This document shows positions 57,891-64,000 of a DNA stretch of 64,000 nucleotides, piece by piece. The stretch's first letter is position 1. Every line of letters begins with the position of its first letter. The DNA is from the human T2T-CHM13v2.0 reference genome, Homo sapiens. Made by a program: the position numbers and the translations under genes. Under the pieces are notes generated by a model. The model saw nothing but the letters and a program-made list of their open reading frames with translations. It searched no databases and was not told where the DNA came from. Where the stretch lies: the NCBI RefSeq assembly GCF_009914755.1, contig NC_060945.1. One strand, given 5' to 3'.

Positions 57891-60632
57891 TTCAATTTCC
57901 ATGTAGTTGTGTGGTTTTGAGTGAGTTTCTTCATCTTGAGTTCTAATTTGATTGCACTGTGGCCTGAGGGACTGTTTGTTATTATTTCTGTTTTTTGATT
58001 GTTTCTTTGTTTTGCATTTCCTAAGGAGTGTTTTACTTCCAATTTTAGAGTATGTGCTATGTGGCACTGAGAATAATGTATATTCTGTTGTTTTGGGGTA
58101 GAAAGTTCTGTAGATATCTATTAGGTCCAGAGCTCAATTAAAGTCTGAATATCCTTGTTAATTTTTCATCACATTATTCTTGTGTTGGAGTCTAAGTCTC
58201 TTTGGAGGTCTCTAATAATTTGTTTCATGAATCCGGGTGCTGATATATTGGGTGCATATATTTTTAGGATAGATAGTTCTTTTTGTTGAATTAATCCCCT
58301 TACCTTTATATAATGTCCTTCTTTGTCTTTTTTTGACCTTTGTTGGTTTAAATTCTGTTTTGTCAGAAACTAGGATCGCAACCCCTGCTTTTTCCTGCTT
58401 TCTATTTGCTTGATAAATTTTCCTCCATCCCTTTATCTTGAGCCTATATGTGTCTTTACACATGAGATGCGTCTTGAATACAGTACATCAGTAAGTCTTG
58501 ACTCTTTATCCAATTCTCCATTGTGTGTTTTTTAACTGCAGCATGTAGCTCATTTACATCTAAGGTTAATATTGTTATGTGTGAATTTGATCCTGTCATT
58601 ATGATACTAAATGGTTATTTTGCACACTAGTTAATGCAGATTCTTCATAATGTCACTGGTCTTTGTATTTTGGTATGTTTTTGCAGTGGCTGGTACCAGT
58701 TTTTCCTTCCCATATTTAGTGCTTCTTTCAGGAGCTCTTGCAAGGCAGACCTGGTGGTGACGAATTCCCTCAGCATTTGCTTGGCTGAAAAGGATTTTAT
58801 TTCCCCTTCACTTATGAAGCTTTGTTTGGCCAGATATGATATTCTCGGTTGAAAATTGGCCCCTACTGTCTTCTGGCTTGTAGCATTCCTGCTGAGAGAT
58901 CCGCTCTTAATCTGATGGGCATCCCTTTGGAGGTAACCTGGACTTTCCCTCTGGCTGCCCTTAATATTTTTTCCTTCATTTGGACCTTGGAGAACCTGAT
59001 GATTATGTGTGCTGGGGTTGATCTTCTTGAGGATTACCTTGGTGGAGTTCTCTGTATTTCCTGAATTTAAATGTTGGTCTATCAATCTAGGTTGAGGAAG
59101 TTCTCCTGGATGATATCCTGAAGGTTGTTTTCCAACTTGGTTCCATTCTCTCCATACTCCAATTATTGTATGTTCATTCTTTTTACATAGTCCCATAATT
59201 CTTGGAGGTTTTGTTCATTATTGTTTATTCTTTCTCTAATCTTGTCTGCTTTATTTCAGCAAGGTAGTCTTCAAACTCTGATATTCTTTCTTCTGCTTGG
59301 TCAGTTTGGCTATTGATACTTGTGTAGGCTTCATGAAGTTCTCATGCTGTGTTTTTCACCTCCATCAGGTCATTTATGTTCTTCTCTAAACTGGTTATTC
59401 TAGTTAGCAACTCCTGTAACCTGTTATTGTTATAGGAGTTATTAAGAAATTATTTTAGGCAGATAGAGAGAAAAAGGGGTCCTGAGAAAGTTTTCATCTC
59501 TTTTAAAGCCGTTCCAGAAATGTTTCTTAGTTTTGGCTGCTGTACTAAAGACATGGATTTGAGGCTTGCTGGGGAGAACATGGAGAACCCCCTTTACCCA
59601 CAGGTATTGGGAATGTTGGCAATGTTTGAACTGGCTTCTTTTCATGGGAAACCTCAGCATCATGTGAGGCTGGGAAAATTTCTGAGGCAACTGAGAATCT
59701 CTTACCAGGGCACACCCTGGTGTGATTCATAGGCCTCTGTACCGGACACAGACTCCGACAGCCCAGTTGGGTGTTATTAGAGCATCCTCAACTGTCCTGT
59801 GGCAAAACTCTTCTTCCTTCTCTATCTGCAGCCTCTTGCTCTTTCTTTGTGTGAAATGTGCAAGGATTTTTACACCCTAGAAAGAGTTTTCCCATTTTCC
59901 CCTGTGGTGAGGTTACTTGCTACCACTCCTCTGGAGCACACATAGCATTTCTAAGCCAACAGTGTCAACTCGTGGAAGTAAATCAGGCTTTAGGCCTCTT
60001 CTGGGAAGAGGAAATTTCTGCCTTTAGCAGTTAGGGGTAAGATGTCTCCCATAGCCAGATTTTAGTGTCGATATTGTCCGACTGGAACAATATGTAGGCC
60101 ATTCGGTTCCTACATTTCTTTAAGGCACCTATTTTGTCTCCTATTAAGACACTACTTAATTAGTAAGGGGATTTTAAATCCAGAAGTTAACCAGAACCAT
60201 TCTTCTATGAGTAAATAGTTTAGCATGGGCTATAATAGTACGATATAGAGTTCAATGTAGCACCCTTCCTCCTTAAAGGGGCCTTGCACAATTACGTGAT
60301 TTTTATTGAAATTCTTTTTTTCGGGGGGTGGGGGGAGGGGGAGGCATACAGGCCACACAAGTCTAGGAGGTCAAAGGGAAACAAAAGGCAGAGGACTAAG
60401 ACTGCTTGGGGGCAGCATGACTAAGGAACAAAAGTTTAGTTCCTCTGGTGCCATGGATTGGAGGGTCACGCCTGCTGTAATGGGCAGCACATTTAAATGG
60501 GTGCCAGGATTCAGGAGCAAAGGAGAAAAAATAGTGGAGGGGACACCCTCTACTGTTTTCGTCTCCATCCTAGATCACATACCAAAAGCAAAGAGACTAA
60601 AATACCTCTTTTATTCTCACTTCTTTTTCTAG

Positions 60633-61230
60633 ATGGGTAACAGATCATCTTCAACATGAACTCCCCTGGAGTGTATTTTGAAGTTCTGGGACTTCTTCGA
60701 CCTTGAAACTTTGAAAAAAAAAATAGCTTATTTTCTTTTGCACAAGGGTATGGCCTTTTTACTAGATCTTTGCAAGTGTTGCAAAATCAACCCAGCCCTT
60801 TCAGCAGCCATATGGGGCAGGCCCAGGGAAAATAGTTTCCCCAAATGAAAAAAGTAACTTTCAGGGAAATCATCTGAGGATTCCCTTATTTGGGGCCCCT
60901 TCAAGTCCCCTTCTCATTGCAGGGTCTTAGGCAAGTAAAGGGAGACTTGGGCCAATTTTCTGACGACCCTGATAGGTATATAGAAGCTTTTCAAAATTTA
61001 ACTCAGGTATTTGACCTCTCATGGAGGAATGTTACGGTGTTCCTCAGCCAAACCCTAACTGCAGCTAAAACAGGCAGCAGTGCAAGCAGAAGAAAATTTT
61101 GGAGATGAGCAATATGTCTCCTATAGTAGGCCAAAAGGGAAAAGAGAAAATGGGAAAGGCAAAGAAATAGGAAAAACACCATTCCCAATAGGAAAAAAAG
61201 GCAATATCTTTTGACAACCCTAATTGGAAC
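60633..61230 (+). pseudogene. gag: Decayed gammaretroviral-type gag (MA start and CA fragment)
   Basis: MGNRSSST*TPLECILKFWDFFDLETLKK... and ORF 60890-61108 'VPFSLQGLRQVKGDLGQFSDDPDRYIEAFQNLTQVFDLSW', which is HERV-9/W-like gag. Confidence 0.85.
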
Positions 61231-61767
61231 CCCTTTCTATGGTGTTTTACCTTTTTTGGTGGTTTAAAATGACTTATATCTCTTTTATAATGTTCTTCCA
61301 ATCTGGAAAAAGTTCCCAACCTTAAAATGCTTGATTTAGATTTAAGCTAGGGGGAAGGGAACCCAGAAGCCTGATATGCCAGCAAAGTGGTAAAAATTTC
61401 TTACAAATGGGGCTTTTGGCTTCTCTCCCCCTGTGCAAACCAGTACAAGGGATAATAAGGATAATCATTTATATTCTCTGTAAATGTATAATTAATGAAA
61501 AAGGATTTGTGAAGTTGGTCTTAAGCTGTAGACAGTCTGGTGTGCCTTGCATGTCTTTCTGTATGGTTCTGTCAAATAAAGGGTATCTTAGGTTAGGATG
61601 GAGGCCCAGGACCCCATAAGTCTGCTGTTCAAGCCAGCCCAACAAAATAGTAACAAACTTGGCTACAGGCCTCCATCTTGTTTCATGTCCTTGGGAACAT
61701 GACCTGTAACCGTGTGGCAATACTTTGTTTTAGCCTCCACCATTTTACAATGGTGGCTGTCTTTTTC

Positions 61768-62187
61768 TGCTAAGTCAGTTCCTGGGTGAGGGCCACAAAA
61801 TCAGATAAGCCAGTTTATCAGTCTGGGTGGTGCCAGGTAATCCATCAAGAGCAGGGTTTACAAAATATCTTATGCACTGATTTTAAAAGCAATTTAGGGA
61901 AGGTCAAAAATCTTGCAGCCTTCAGCTGCATAGCTCCTGGGCCATAGTTTCTAATTTTATGGCTAGTTTCTTGGGCTGGTCCCCAGACAAGAGGGAAGTG
62001 TATCTTAAGAAGAGGTTGTTAACATCTTTGTTTTAGACTATAAACTGTAAAACCGGTTCCTCCCAAAGTTGGTTCCACCTATGCCCAGGGATGGACAAGG
62101 AAAGCTTGGGAGCTAGAAACAAAATGGAGTTGTTTGGGTCAGATCTCTTTCACTGTCTCAGTCACAATTTTGCAATTACTGTTTTGA
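61768..62187 (-). mobile_element. LTR8-like LTR segment, antisense, inside the ERV internal region
   Basis: The reverse complement begins about 'tgcaaaattgtgactgagacagtgaaagagatctgacccaaacaactccattttg', similar to the LTR8 5' end. Confidence 0.7.
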
Positions 62188-62348
62188 AAGCTTCCTATCA
62201 CTCCTTTAAAAATACCTTGTATGCCTGTGGTTAAGTCACAATCTAATTAAAGCTTGTCAGTTTCACCTGTGACTTACTTTTTGTAAAGTTCAAAAGCAGA
62301 AAATCTTAACTGTTTGACGTGGCTAAAGTCAAATAACAAGGGATTTGA

Positions 62349-62646
<298 letters not shown>

Positions 62647-62764
62647 TTCTTAAAGAGTGCTAGGCTTAATTAAACATGGGTATTCAAGTTGTAGGTATAT
62701 TTGAAAGGCTTTTATGTTTTTCTCTTCTTGGATCTTGTTTTTCTGGAAAAAGGCTCTTTTCTTC

Positions 62765-62970
62765 TCAGTTAAATTGGTTAATCCCTTTATTAAGCCCTCT
62801 CTTGCTTATATATCTTTTATTAATATTTGGACCCTGTATACTCAATACTATAATTTGAATTGCTTTTTCTCACCTAGAAGTAATCAAACTCCAAATGGTG
62901 CTGCAAACTGAACTACGCATGGACACGCCATTCTTCCGAGGACCCTTAGATCGACCCCAGGAGGAGTCCC
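62765..62970 (+). pseudogene. env: env TM anchor and cytoplasmic-tail remnant
   Basis: 'WLIPLLSPLLLIYLLLIFGPCILN' then, across a frameshift/stop, 'EVIKLQMVLQ...FFRGPLDRP', as in HERV-W/9-class env tails. Confidence 0.8.
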
Positions 62971-64000
62971 AGCTGCTGTTCCCCATTCAACGCCCTTTTC
63001 AGCAGCAGGTAGCCAGAAAGAGTCGTCGCCCAAAACCCCCCAGTAGCAGTTAGGGTGACTTCTCCATAGGGGGCAAAGTTTTAGGAATTATTAAGAGATT
63101 ACTTTAGGCAGATAGAGAGGAAAAGGGGTCCTTAGAAATTTTTTGTCTCTTTTAAAGCAGCTCCAGAAACGTTTCTTGTCTAGCAGAAAAGCCCCGGCTC
63201 TTAAGAGCCGGCCGGCAACCTTTGATATCCAAATGCTGACCATTAGAAACTGGGTCCACCCAACATGGTGATTCCCACCGTTGTCCTCTTGCCCTTGCCT
63301 CCACATGTGCCTGGCAACATGGCTGCCCGCCGACATATCCCCACTTTTGTAGAACATCATGGCCCCCTACACTGGCATATTAAAAGGTTAGGGTGGGAGG
63401 GCCAGTTTTTTCGTGGGTGAAGTGAATGACATGCCTGGTCAAACCAATACCCTGAACCCTATACAAATCAGACACAACCTCTTCCAGCCTCCTCATATAA
63501 CTGGCTGATATGCACCGCACATGAGGTCCCCTCTCTTGGCTTTGGAGCCCCTCCTCCTTCGGTCTCTGTAGGGGGAGCTTTTCCTGCTTTCTTCTCCCTT
63601 CTTTGCTGCCTGTTAAACTCTCGGCTTCTTAGAACCACTCCACAGGTGTCCATGTCATTTTATCTAATTTGACATGAGACAAGAACCCTGGTGGTCCTCC
63701 ACTCATCAGAGCTGTATCATTGTCATGGGTCTTAAGTTATTTGCATTGGGTTAAAACATGCTCCTTTAGCCTCAGCAAAGTTTATTACCCACCTTCTGAA
63801 GCCTACTTCTGTCAATTTGTCCATCTCATCCTCTGTCCAGTTTGGTGCCCTTGCTAAAGAGGTGTTTCAATCATTAGGAGAAGAAGAGGCATTCTGGCCT
63901 TTGGGTTTTCAGCATTTTTTCATTGGTTCTTTCTCATCTTCATGAGTTTGTCTGGTTTTGATCGCTGAGGCTGCTGACACTTGGGTGTGGTTTTGATTGG

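Overview
AT-rich primate (catarrhine, very likely human or ape) non-coding DNA, either intergenic or deep intronic. I see no supportable protein-coding gene, RNA gene, CpG island or prokaryote-type system. Every ORF in the track with a recognisable product is a decayed transposon remnant: L1 ORF1/ORF2, THE1 internal, Tigger1 transposase, ERV gag/env, or Alu read-through. The window is a layered record of mobile elements: about 10 Alus/monomers, L1 fragments (L1PA, L1PB, L1MA-MD), L2/MIR, many MaLR LTRs, a near-complete THE1D provirus, a solo MER57, a HERV-W LTR17 fragment, an LTR9/HUERS-P3-like provirus, Tigger1, Tigger4 and MADE1. Family and subfamily names come from my recall of consensus sequences and need Dfam/RepeatMasker confirmation. 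I did not find a new biological system. The best leads are mechanistic footprints: a probable L1PB 3' transduction, two twin-priming-type L1 inversions (one extreme and tail-less), a hollowed-out L1MA with a CpG-decayed TSD, and an antisense LTR8-like segment inside an ERV. A few candidate enhancer motif clusters are also noted.
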